Shown: positions 17,683 through 26,260, counted from the first letter of the stretch. The stretch: 64,000 bases of DNA from Candidatus Aminicenantes bacterium (GCA_020344415.1 CP070825.1:4221299-4285298); one strand, 5' to 3'. The notes: a model not told the origin generated them from the letters alone. Numbers and translations are program-made.

Positions 17683-18445
17683 TATCTTTTATTAATTTCA
17701 AATATTCGTTGATTTTATCTTTGAGCGATTGGTCTTTGACATGGGGAAGTACATTTTCGAATAATATGCGAGCCTTTTCAAACTCTCTGTTATTGATGTA
17801 GGCGATACCCAGATTGATCCTTATGATGATCTCATTCGGGGAAATCTTCAAGGCGCTTTGAAAACTCATGATGGCTTCTAGAAGACGTCCCATCTTGTTC
17901 AGAATAACTCCTTGCAGATTATAGACTGCTGATGCGCGGGCGTTTTTCTGGATCGATTTCTGGACATAATCCAAGGCAAGTTCCAGCTTGTCTTGTCCGA
18001 GGTAAAGCTTGGCCAGGTTGAAGCTGGCATTATGGTTGCTGTCCATGGCGTAAGCTTTCTTGTATTCTTCTTCTGCTTTATCGAGGAAATCCAATTCTTG
18101 ATAGATGAATCCAAGGTCGTTGTGTACCTCTGACAAATCGGGATTCAATTCTAGACATTTCTTATAGGCTGAAGCAGCCTCAAGCAAGTTCTTCTTCTTG
18201 AAATGAGCAATTCCGAGAAGCTTATAGGACTCGTAATGGGTAGGGTCCAGGGCAAGGGCTTCATTCAGGTATTTTATGGCTTCATCCACCAGCCCATAAT
18301 TCATGGCAACAATAGCTTTTTCATACTGGTACTGAGGGTCGTTTTCGCGTTCGACCTTTTTGCTCTCAACTTTGCTTTGAGATGTGGCACAGAAGGTCAA
18401 GAAAAGGCTAGTAGCTAAAAGAATCAGAATTTTTTCAAATTTCAT
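17669..18445 (-). CDS. TPR-repeat lipoprotein
   Basis: The ATG at 18445 (MKFEKILILLATSLFLTFCATS, with a lipobox) has AAAGGA upstream. The body is consecutive TPR units (A.Y.LG..Y....F.KA...F). Confidence 0.8.
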   Translation of the reverse strand: MKFEKILILLATSLFLTFCATSQSKVESKKVERENDPQYQYEKAIVAMNYGLVDEAIKYLNEALALDPTHYESYKLLGIAHFKKKNLLEAASAYKKCLELNPDLSEVHNDLGFIYQELDFLDKAEEEYKKAYAMDSNHNASFNLAKLYLGQDKLELALDYVQKSIQKNARASAVYNLQGVILNKMGRLLEAIMSFQSALKISPNEIIIRINLGIAYINNREFEKARILFENVLPHVKDQSLKDKINEYLKLIKDRVKK

Positions 18446-18566
18446 GGTCATCCTTTCTGGCAATTTTTTTCATCTTTCTTCATCATCTTAAGATTAATCC
18501 AACACACAATAATACCTCAATTTGTCTCTTTCAGTAAATGAAATCACTAGAAGATAATATTTTTAG

Positions 18567-18916
18567 CTCCAAATCGGATTCGTTCTGGCATTTCCAGAGG
18601 ACTTTATCAGGAAGCTGGAGAGGGCGAGAGACATGGAGCCAGGCTTCAAGTATATCCATGTGCATGCCCCTTGCTCTCCAGGGAGGAAATCCCTAAAGAT
18701 AAGACTATCGAAGTAGCACGCCTGGCTGTGAAGACAGGCTTCTGGATTCTGTATGAAATGGATCATGGCACATTGAGAGTCACATATCGTCCAAAGGAGA
18801 GAAAATCGATTAAGGATTATCTTCAGATTCAGGGTCGATTTACCGGATTACGCAAAAAGCATATCGAAACCCCTCAGGATTGGGTGGATGAGAAATGCAA
18901 AGAGCTCGGCTTGTGA
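18567..18916 (+). pseudogene. 5'-truncated, frameshifted remnant of a pyruvate/2-oxoacid:ferredoxin oxidoreductase beta subunit (PorB-like C-terminus)
   Basis: Frame A (18567-18683) reads LQIGFVLAFPEDFIRKLERARDMEPGFKYIHVHAPCSPG. The shifted frame (from about 18686) reads EEIPKDKTIEVARLAVKTGFWILYEMDHGTLRVTYRP...YLQIQGRF. Together they match the conserved C-terminal ~110 aa of PorB. The TPP-binding N-terminal part is absent, a stop (TAG 18564) precedes it, and there are no porA/D/G genes nearby. Confidence 0.6.
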
Positions 18917-18993
18917 GCAAAGAATTCCTTTCTCGTTGACACCCCTCTTTTTAAGTATTATTCTAAGGCAAAAAATTAAAAGGACTGTTTAGG

Positions 18994-20133
18994 ATGAAGT
19001 GTCCCAAATGCAATTCAGACAATCCAGATGGTTCCATTTTTTGCGGTAAGTGTGGTGCCAGGCTGGGCGAAGTGGGATTAAAGAAGACTGAACTGGATAC
19101 TCCTGCTCTCTGGGTGGATCTAGTCCAGTTAGAAGAGAATATCGCTTTATTATCCGCGTGCTTTAGGAAGGCAGTTATCAACTGGCGACCTCATATGAAA
19201 GGCATAAGATCACCTGCAATCGCGCACAAACTCATTGCAGCAGGCGCAATAGGGATCACTTGTGCCAAATTAGGCGAAGCAGAAGTCATGGTCGCAGCAG
19301 GAATCGAAGATATACTCATAGCAAACCAGGTTGTGGGAACTCGAAAGTATGCCCGCGTTGCTGAACTCAAGCGACATGCGGATGTGAAAATTGCCGTGGA
19401 TAGTGAGGCAACTCTATCTGACCTTGGCAAAGCAGCTCTGTCGAAAGGAGTTGAGATCGGTATTGTGGTCGAATTGGATACAGGGATGGGCCGGGCAGGC
19501 ATCCAGCCAGGAAAGCCAGCGCAAGAGCTTTCTCTCCTTGTCCATGATACCCCTGGCCTTCACTATCTAGGGCTTATGACATGGGAAGGTCATGCAGTGT
19601 GGATCGATAATCCAGACTCGAAACGCAAGGAAATCGAGAAGTCTATCAAAGAACTGAGAGATAGCGCTGAGCTCTGTCGTCAAGCTGGCCTGCCTGTGAG
19701 CATAGTCAGTTGTGGCGGGAGTGGAACATACACCATCACTTCTCAGCTTGCTGGTATTACTGAGATACAGGCAGGCGGTGCGATTTTTTGTGATGTCACT
19801 TATCAGAAATGGGGTGTAAAAACAAAACCCGCTTTGTTTGTGCGGAGCACAGTAACAAGCCGGCCAACATCCGATCGCATCATCTTTGATGCGGGTTTTA
19901 AGACAATGCCGGCATGGTTCAATCCTCCAAGACCTATCGGTATATCCAACATCAAGAGCATCGTGATGTCTGCAGAGCATGGAGTTTTAACTCTTGAAAA
20001 ACCTAACGATAGTGTTAAAGTAGACGATATCTTCGATTTTATCCCTGGCTATGGAGACATGACAGTCTTCCTCCACGATTATCTCTACGGAATTCGTGAG
20101 AATATTGTGGAGGAGATTTGGGGAATAGGATGA
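18994..20133 (+). CDS. Zinc-ribbon fused to a fold-type-III PLP enzyme of the D-serine dehydratase / D-threonine aldolase (DSD1, alanine-racemase-N) family
   Basis: N-terminal MKCPKCNSDNPDGSIFCGKCGARL (CxxC-x11-CxxC). Then TPALWVDLVQLEENI...WRPHMKGIRSPAIAHKLIAAGAIGITCAKLGEAEVM, which resembles the PLP-lysine region of DSD1-type enzymes. Confidence 0.75.
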   Translation: MKCPKCNSDNPDGSIFCGKCGARLGEVGLKKTELDTPALWVDLVQLEENIALLSACFRKAVINWRPHMKGIRSPAIAHKLIAAGAIGITCAKLGEAEVMVAAGIEDILIANQVVGTRKYARVAELKRHADVKIAVDSEATLSDLGKAALSKGVEIGIVVELDTGMGRAGIQPGKPAQELSLLVHDTPGLHYLGLMTWEGHAVWIDNPDSKRKEIEKSIKELRDSAELCRQAGLPVSIVSCGGSGTYTITSQLAGITEIQAGGAIFCDVTYQKWGVKTKPALFVRSTVTSRPTSDRIIFDAGFKTMPAWFNPPRPIGISNIKSIVMSAEHGVLTLEKPNDSVKVDDIFDFIPGYGDMTVFLHDYLYGIRENIVEEIWGIG

Positions 20134-20227
20134 ATGTCAGATATTTGAATCCCTATTCTTCATGTATCAAAAATATCAAATAACAGTGTGCAGCTCCTAA
20201 TGCAGTATTTATTTTGATGGAGTCGAT

Positions 20228-21358
20228 CTATCCGAGTATCTCCTTGTAAACCCGCATGAAGTTTTCTCCCATGATTTTCTTGATATCTGGCGTCGAGTAG
20301 CCGCGTTGGGTAAGCCTTTCTGCTATGATATACATCTTCTCCGGGACATCGATTTCTTCAATAAATGGCGGCCAGCGAAGGTCGACTCCCGGCTTGAAGT
20401 GAAATTGATCGTGAAAATCGAAGAAAGCTTTCTCTGTAGGGAAGGAAATCCGCCAACCACCAATACTTGAGTCAGAGCCGATTCCAACGTGGTCAATTCC
20501 GACGAGTTTGATGACATGTTCAATATGATTGATATAGTCATCGAGTGTAGACCGCGGCTTCTTGCTGATGAAGAAGTTTACCGTCGCAACGCCCATGACT
20601 CCGCCTTTTGCAGCCAGCTTCTTGATTTGATCATCCCACTTGCCTCTGGGATTGTCACACAGAGCGCGGCAAACAGTATGAGAAAAGATAGGGGTTTTTT
20701 TTGAGACTTCGATCGCATCAAGGGTTGTCTTCACCCCGCAGTGAGAAAGATCCACGAGTATGCCCAGCTCGTTCATCCTGTGGACGACCTTTACACCGAA
20801 GTCGCTCAAGCCGGAATCCTTCCGCTCAGTGCATCCTGCTCCGAGGGCATTCAAAGAGTTGTAGGTCAGTTGAATTTGCCGGATTCCAAGGTTATAGAAG
20901 AAATCGACATTCTTTATGTCGCGCGCAAGATGGGTAGCATTTTGAAAACCGAGCATGAGAGCTATTTTCCCTGTTTTCTTTGCTTCAAGGATGTCGCGAG
21001 TCGTCCTTACCCTGATGAGTACCTCTTCAAAACGATCGAAGATTCCGTGATACATGGCCAGGTCTTTGACAGCCTGTTCGTAACCAAAGGTAGGGTCCCC
21101 TTGGGCGCCAAGGGTTGTCTCGATCATGGTGAGACCTGAGCGTTTGATCTCGTCCTCTCCTTCTTTTCCTAGCCTCAGGCCGCCCAGTGCATCGATAAAG
21201 ATCCAATCCTTATACTTAGCATAAGCTTCTCTTGGAGTTTGGCCGTTGTTTCCATTTTTTATAGAGGCCATTGCAGATCGGACGTTGCCGCCTGGGAGCC
21301 CGAAAGTCAAGATGCTCGCGAAAGCACTCTTCACGAAATTACGCCGTGAAATACTCAT
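20228..21358 (-). CDS. M19 (renal/membrane dipeptidase) family protein with twin-arginine signal; first metal-site residues appear substituted
   Basis: MSISRRNFVKSAF is a Tat motif. VDLSHCG, IFSHT and IGSDS are M19 motifs. The paralogue 25238..26260 has IDVHSDV and FEGVE where this protein has IDALGG and FQNAT. RBS AGGAG. Confidence 0.85.
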   Translation of the reverse strand: MSISRRNFVKSAFASILTFGLPGGNVRSAMASIKNGNNGQTPREAYAKYKDWIFIDALGGLRLGKEGEDEIKRSGLTMIETTLGAQGDPTFGYEQAVKDLAMYHGIFDRFEEVLIRVRTTRDILEAKKTGKIALMLGFQNATHLARDIKNVDFFYNLGIRQIQLTYNSLNALGAGCTERKDSGLSDFGVKVVHRMNELGILVDLSHCGVKTTLDAIEVSKKTPIFSHTVCRALCDNPRGKWDDQIKKLAAKGGVMGVATVNFFISKKPRSTLDDYINHIEHVIKLVGIDHVGIGSDSSIGGWRISFPTEKAFFDFHDQFHFKPGVDLRWPPFIEEIDVPEKMYIIAERLTQRGYSTPDIKKIMGENFMRVYKEILG

Positions 21359-21473
21359 CTCTTATCTCCTTTCTTTTCGCCCGCACGCATGTTAGCGCGC
21401 GATCAGCCAAAATATATCCAAATCTGTCAAAAGTACAAATTTTAAATGGAGATATCCTGGTCTTTAATAAAGA

Positions 21474-22577
21474 TCATTTTACTTCAGGATTAAAGAGAAA
21501 ATAGTCATAAAGAGCTCTCGAGATTTGAGCAATCACCTGCTCACGCTTTTCATTTTCCACTTTCGATTCCTTAATATAAATGGCGGCGATAATATTACCG
21601 GCATTGTCAGGAAGAGAAATGATTCCAGCATCGTTTAAAGTCCCCCCGATAGTACCTGTCTTATGGTATACAACGGTCCCTTCAGGCAAGATGCCTCTGA
21701 TTCTACCCAATCCGGTTTCACAGCGTTTCATGATATCGAGCATCAGAGCAGAGCTTTCCTCAGTCAGGATTTCTCTGTTCCAGATCTTCTTGAGCAATAG
21801 GGCCATACCTTCAGGAGTGGTCGTGTCTTTGGGATCCGCGTTAAAGGCTTCACCAGCCTTTTTCTGCTCCTCAGGTGGAATCTTTTTGAGCAATTCCATG
21901 AGTTCTTCGATGGTTATTCTTGCATCGTTAGGTATCTCTTTAATGCCCAAATATTCATTGATGATACCGAGGACGGTCCGGTCTACTCTTATGCCTTCAA
22001 TGCCGATATCCCTCATATACTGTGTGACCGCCGCGGTTCCTCCGGCCGTCCGTATGCATAGATCAGTCGCGCTGTTATCGCTGATGATGAGCATGAGTTT
22101 CATGAGATTCAAAACCGAGAGTTCAACACCTGGATCGTCGAAAAGATTTGTGAGTGTTCCACTTCCAAGACGACGGTCTCCGGCTTCAACGGGAATCATA
22201 TCGTCAAGCTTGAGTTTTCCTTGATCAACCAGGCTGAGCAGCTTTACGGCTATAGGAACCTTAAAGGTGCTCGCCATTGGAAATCCGACAGATTTGTTCA
22301 AGTAAACCTCTCGTCCTGTTTCTAAATGAATTGCGCCAACACCCACAACGCCTTGGGCGCCTTTTGCTAGGCGGGCGATTTCCTTTTCCAGCCGTACCAA
22401 TCCAGGATCGTCTCCGACGTGAGAGGCATCCTGAGCAAAGAGTGTCAAGCCCCCAAAAGCAAGAAGAATAAAAACACAACAGCCTAGAAACGAACTCAAC
22501 AGTACTCTTCCCGGTTGCCAGAGTTGAAAGATACCCTTTGCCGCTTTCCTGCTTTTCCAAGAGAAAGAATAATCCAT
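21474..22577 (-). CDS. Class-A beta-lactamase-fold serine hydrolase, membrane-anchored/exported
   Basis: STFK (SxxK), SDN (IISDNSATD), KTG (HKTGTIGG). N-terminal hydrophobic segment. RBS AAGGAGG. Confidence 0.8.
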   Translation of the reverse strand: MDYSFSWKSRKAAKGIFQLWQPGRVLLSSFLGCCVFILLAFGGLTLFAQDASHVGDDPGLVRLEKEIARLAKGAQGVVGVGAIHLETGREVYLNKSVGFPMASTFKVPIAVKLLSLVDQGKLKLDDMIPVEAGDRRLGSGTLTNLFDDPGVELSVLNLMKLMLIISDNSATDLCIRTAGGTAAVTQYMRDIGIEGIRVDRTVLGIINEYLGIKEIPNDARITIEELMELLKKIPPEEQKKAGEAFNADPKDTTTPEGMALLLKKIWNREILTEESSALMLDIMKRCETGLGRIRGILPEGTVVYHKTGTIGGTLNDAGIISLPDNAGNIIAAIYIKESKVENEKREQVIAQISRALYDYFLFNPEVK

Positions 22578-22614
22578 TATATACCTCCTTCACAGATTTT
22601 AAGCATCAGAAAAA

Positions 22615-23706
22615 TTATTTCTTAAGAATCTTATATAATCCAAGCGTCATTAGAGGCACAAAATAGATAAAGAAAACTCCCCAGCTCATCAATCCATATC
22701 CTTTGGCAACCAGATTGATTATTCCAAAAGACGATAGACATAAGCTTATAAGAAGCATGAGTACACCTATGACTGGCCTCATCCAGCGTGGAAAGACTTT
22801 CCCTCTAGCCTGAAAAGCAGATTGTATTCTCTCATTGACAGAATGGATAAAGCCTGTTCCTGTCTCAATCAGTGTTCCAACCAACATGACAAGAAAAATA
22901 ACCAGTAGGAACGGAACCCCTGCTTCTTGAATAACGAAAACTGCTGGTATTTCTTCAGTTACTACTGCAGGATAGTAACCAAGGATAGCAATGTAGAAAA
23001 AAAAGCCGGGCAGAAGACCTATGAGTGCAGCGATAGCGCCTGCAGAGATAGCCTCCTTTCTTGTTTCAATATTTCTAATACAAAAAAGAACGGCTGGGAA
23101 GACACTCATATTATAGAGACCGTATTTTAAGCCTCCGATCGCCCATTTAGGGAGTATGATGCCACTGGTCAGGTTTTTCTGGATCAGGGGACCAAACTTA
23201 ATGATGGCAATAATGAGAAAAAGAGCATAGACAACATAAATAAAAATGGACCAGCCAGAAAGGAATTTTTCTATGAGGCCGCTACCTTTGAAAGTCAAAA
23301 ACCCAACTGAGGCCAGCATGATTCCTACACCAAATAGATAAGGGAATCCAAAAAAATCACGCAGTAAAACACCTGCTGCAGAGCCAATGACAGCCAATAC
23401 TACGATCAGAAGAACAATAAAAAATACCTCAAAGATAAGCCAAAAACGACCAAGAAGATTCAATAGAAGAGATCGGTAATCATAGAGCTTGAATTTACGA
23501 GAAAACTCGAATGTCGCAGCCAGTATGAGTGACCATAAAACCAAGGTGATGAGAAACATCCCCAATATTCCACCTAAAGGTCCGTATTTCATGAAATACT
23601 CGACAAGCTCACGACCGGTTCCATAGCCGCCACCTATAAGAACCCCCTGGAATATAAGACCAGGTACAAAGTACCTCCTGAAGAATGAAGCTTTTCCGTT
23701 AGTCAT
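22615..23706 (-). CDS. YkvI-family polytopic membrane protein (putative amino-acid/small-solute transporter)
   Basis: About 11 TM helices. The N-terminal FQGVLIGGGYGTGRELVEYF motif is characteristic of the YkvI family. Confidence 0.75.
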   Translation of the reverse strand: MTNGKASFFRRYFVPGLIFQGVLIGGGYGTGRELVEYFMKYGPLGGILGMFLITLVLWSLILAATFEFSRKFKLYDYRSLLLNLLGRFWLIFEVFFIVLLIVVLAVIGSAAGVLLRDFFGFPYLFGVGIMLASVGFLTFKGSGLIEKFLSGWSIFIYVVYALFLIIAIIKFGPLIQKNLTSGIILPKWAIGGLKYGLYNMSVFPAVLFCIRNIETRKEAISAGAIAALIGLLPGFFFYIAILGYYPAVVTEEIPAVFVIQEAGVPFLLVIFLVMLVGTLIETGTGFIHSVNERIQSAFQARGKVFPRWMRPVIGVLMLLISLCLSSFGIINLVAKGYGLMSWGVFFIYFVPLMTLGLYKILKK

Positions 23707-23771
23707 TTTTATCTACACCTAATCCTTAGAGTCCTAATTTACAATCATGGTGAATGTTAATTCGTGATTGT

Positions 23772-25124
23772 TTATTTTTTCTTTTCTTCAAGTTCTCTTT
23801 TTACCCTGCGAAGCCGAAGTTCGTCAGCAATCAGGGAAGGCATGGCGCACAGATAACAATCGTTTGGAAGCGCAGCGGGTTCGAAAGCATCCACGCCGTG
23901 TTTGAGGCGAATGTCAGCGATCTTTTTAACCATTTCCACAAACCATTCTGCCTGTGGAGCGCGAAATCCATCGTATTTTGTGCCTTTCACCGGACTCCAA
24001 ACAAGAGGGATGGATCCGATGCCGCGTTCCGAGCACCACTCGATTCCCTCAAGTAGACTCTCCTCAGGCTCGATGAATCCTGTGACAAAGTGAGTGCTCA
24101 CCCTTCCAGGCCCGTAGACCTCAGCTGCCACCTCCAAAGCCCTCAGCCAGTGGTCTCTGCCCTGAACCTTATCTTTCCCCGGGCAGTACTTCTTAAACAG
24201 AGTAGGATCCCACACCTCAAGGTTATAGGCGACAGAATAGGCTCCTTTTTTCTTGTGTTCTTCGATGCTTTTGAGATCCTTATCCTCTGGAGCGGTACGG
24301 ATCACGTTAACCGGTATATCATCCCTTTTGAGAGCCTCTTGCTGAGCATGGATGATGTCCAGGATCATTTTGTCTTCCCTGTCTATTTCCTCTCCAGTTT
24401 TCTTTTTGTGCTTGCTCAAGTACCCGCCTGTCAGCAGAATGTGTTTTAAACATCCTTCATCGAACGCTGCCTTGGTCGTCTTGAGAATCTGGTCGAAGCT
24501 CCGTTTGGTAACCTGAAGATCGTCTTTTGTCCAGCGCATATTCGGGACAATATTGCAGAATTGACAGCCATCATCGGTTGTCCAATACATGCAGAAGGGA
24601 GCGTAATTCAAGACGAGACAGTCCTGCCCCCGTTTGGGAGCGATGCGCCTCATGATGATCCCTGGAGATGCTTCCATGCTGTAGTATTTTGGCCGGGGAA
24701 TATGCCGGCATTCTATAACGAATTTCCCGTCCCGCTTGAGAACCATAGCCCCGTCTTCGACCGTACACATCCATCGGGAATCACTATTCTCCCTGACCTG
24801 AACCACACTATCCATCGGAAGCAGCAATTCTTCGGGAAGATAGTAACGGTGCTCACTGATGTTCCAGTCGAAAAGCCAACGAGACTGTTCCCTGTAGACA
24901 TCGCAGATACCTTCCAGTGCAGAATCATCAAACCGCAGGCCATCGGCCAGGAGGCTGGCTTTCACCCATATCTCCTTCTCCAATCCTTCTGGAGTAGGAT
25001 CGAGTGGAGGCTTTATCTGGGGAGCCTTTAGGTTTTTAACATAGTAGGTAGCCTTGTGCCATTCCTCATATTTTTTATTGATATCAGTAAAGAGCCTGTT
25101 CGTTTCCACATTCATAGGAGACAT
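23772..25124 (-). CDS. Radical-SAM-like TIM-barrel protein with non-canonical Cys spacing (C-x8-C-x2-C) and a ~170-aa N-terminal domain of unknown function
   Basis: FCMYWTTDDGCQFCN (aromatic residue before the last Cys, as in CxxxCx-Phi-C), ILLTGG (GGE-like), and HFVTGFIEPEESLLEGIEWCSERGIGSIPLVWSPVKGT (BioB/HydE-like segment). RBS AGGAGG 6 nt upstream. Confidence 0.55.
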   Translation of the reverse strand: MSPMNVETNRLFTDINKKYEEWHKATYYVKNLKAPQIKPPLDPTPEGLEKEIWVKASLLADGLRFDDSALEGICDVYREQSRWLFDWNISEHRYYLPEELLLPMDSVVQVRENSDSRWMCTVEDGAMVLKRDGKFVIECRHIPRPKYYSMEASPGIIMRRIAPKRGQDCLVLNYAPFCMYWTTDDGCQFCNIVPNMRWTKDDLQVTKRSFDQILKTTKAAFDEGCLKHILLTGGYLSKHKKKTGEEIDREDKMILDIIHAQQEALKRDDIPVNVIRTAPEDKDLKSIEEHKKKGAYSVAYNLEVWDPTLFKKYCPGKDKVQGRDHWLRALEVAAEVYGPGRVSTHFVTGFIEPEESLLEGIEWCSERGIGSIPLVWSPVKGTKYDGFRAPQAEWFVEMVKKIADIRLKHGVDAFEPAALPNDCYLCAMPSLIADELRLRRVKRELEEKKK

Positions 25125-25130
25125 GGTTCT

Positions 25131-25241
25131 TTACCTCCTTGAGTTTAATATTAAATCCATTAAATAACTACATATGTCTTTATCATTAGGACAAGCATCT
25201 TTACAATACTTGCATTGATAGACCATATTTGTTGGCTTCAT
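25131..25241 (-). CDS. Unannotated 36-aa Cys-rich ORF: MKPTNMVYQCKYCKDACPNDKDICSYLMDLILNSRR
   Basis: Hand-translated on the minus strand. The ATG overlaps the TGA of the upstream dipeptidase gene (ATGA). The last codons AGG AGG double as the RBS of the downstream radical-SAM-like gene. It is below the 60-aa cutoff of the ORF track. Confidence 0.35.
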   Translation of the reverse strand: MKPTNMVYQCKYCKDACPNDKDICSYLMDLILNSRR

Positions 25242-26260
25242 TTCCAAACACTTTTGAATACACGGAGGAAATTCTTGGCCGAAATGAGCTCAATCTCCTC
25301 ATTGCCGTAGCCCCTCTTCTTGAGCCCTTCGATTACTGCCGGGATATCCTCGTCCTTTGTGAGATTGTTCGATGGAGAAGTCACAAAGGCATCCTTCGGT
25401 AATCGCATATGTTCCTCTTCGGATAAATATTTCATGAGATATTCATAAAAATCAAAGCCGAATCCCACATTCTCCACTCCGGCCACTTTTACCACATAAT
25501 CTAAATGGTCTAATATATGGTCAACAGTTCGGCTTCCTCCGGATTTCGGCGCAAAACAAAAATGCAACACTCCGATAACCCCTCCTCTTTCCGCTACTGC
25601 TTTAATCTGGTCATCGGTGAGATTCCTGGGATGATCACATAGGGAGCGGCAGTTTGAATGGGTGGCTATCACTGGAGATTTCACATGTTCCATAACATCC
25701 CAGAAGCCTTCATCATTCAAATGCGTCACATCTACCAATATCCCCAATTCCTCTGCTTCTTGTAGAAGTTCAATCCCAAATTCAGAAAGGCCTCCAGGCT
25801 TTCCCATTTTTCCTGGAGAGAAAAGAGATCCGTCCCCGGCAAAGTTTCTTCGGCTGTGGGTCAAAGCCATGATTCTCAAGCCCAATTTGTAAAATACAAA
25901 GAGAAGATTTTTATCATTCAGGAGAGGCTCTACGCCTTCAAATGCAAGAATGAGCCCAATCTTGCCGCTCGCCAGAGATTTTTCAATATCTTCGAAATTG
26001 CGACACACGGATATGCTCGGAGATTCATTTTCCTCTGCGAGCAAGGCACTGACCATATCCAGTGCTCTTCTCAGAGCCATATCAGGAACGAAGGCTTCGT
26101 CGATATATATCGATGCGACTCGCAGATTTAGCCCTGCTTTTCTCATCGCAGGAACCCAGTCTTCTTCAAAGACTTTTATCCTGCCCAATGCCCGTTTCCT
26201 AATGATATCCATCAATACATCAGAATGGACATCAATAAGCGAAAGGTTTTCTTTTTTCAC
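25238..26260 (-). CDS. M19 dipeptidase (renal-dipeptidase family), cytoplasmic, canonical metal ligands
   Basis: IDVHSDV (HxD), LAFEGVE, VDVTHLN, IATHSN, GFGFDF. GTG start with GGGAG upstream. Confidence 0.85.
   Translation of the reverse strand: MKKENLSLIDVHSDVLMDIIRKRALGRIKVFEEDWVPAMRKAGLNLRVASIYIDEAFVPDMALRRALDMVSALLAEENESPSISVCRNFEDIEKSLASGKIGLILAFEGVEPLLNDKNLLFVFYKLGLRIMALTHSRRNFAGDGSLFSPGKMGKPGGLSEFGIELLQEAEELGILVDVTHLNDEGFWDVMEHVKSPVIATHSNCRSLCDHPRNLTDDQIKAVAERGGVIGVLHFCFAPKSGGSRTVDHILDHLDYVVKVAGVENVGFGFDFYEYLMKYLSEEEHMRLPKDAFVTSPSNNLTKDEDIPAVIEGLKKRGYGNEEIELISAKNFLRVFKSVWK

Noticed and set aside
18563-18766. Minus-strand 67-aa ORF and the TTG-start version of ORF 18671..18916
   Set aside because: Both overlap the PorB-like remnant. 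The plus-strand similarity spans two frames, which indicates a pseudogene rather than either ORF being an intact gene.
21474-22577. Calling the class-A-fold protein an antibiotic-resistance beta-lactamase
   Set aside because: I could not locate the omega-loop Glu by eye, and the context is peptide catabolism with no mobile-element context. It is reported only as a serine hydrolase of that fold.
25131-25241. Interpreting the 36-aa Cys ORF as a ferredoxin
   Set aside because: Only a partial C-x2-C-x3-C-P pattern is present, without the full C-x2-C-x2-C-x3-C-P motif, and 36 aa is too short for a ferredoxin fold. It is kept as an unknown Cys-rich peptide.
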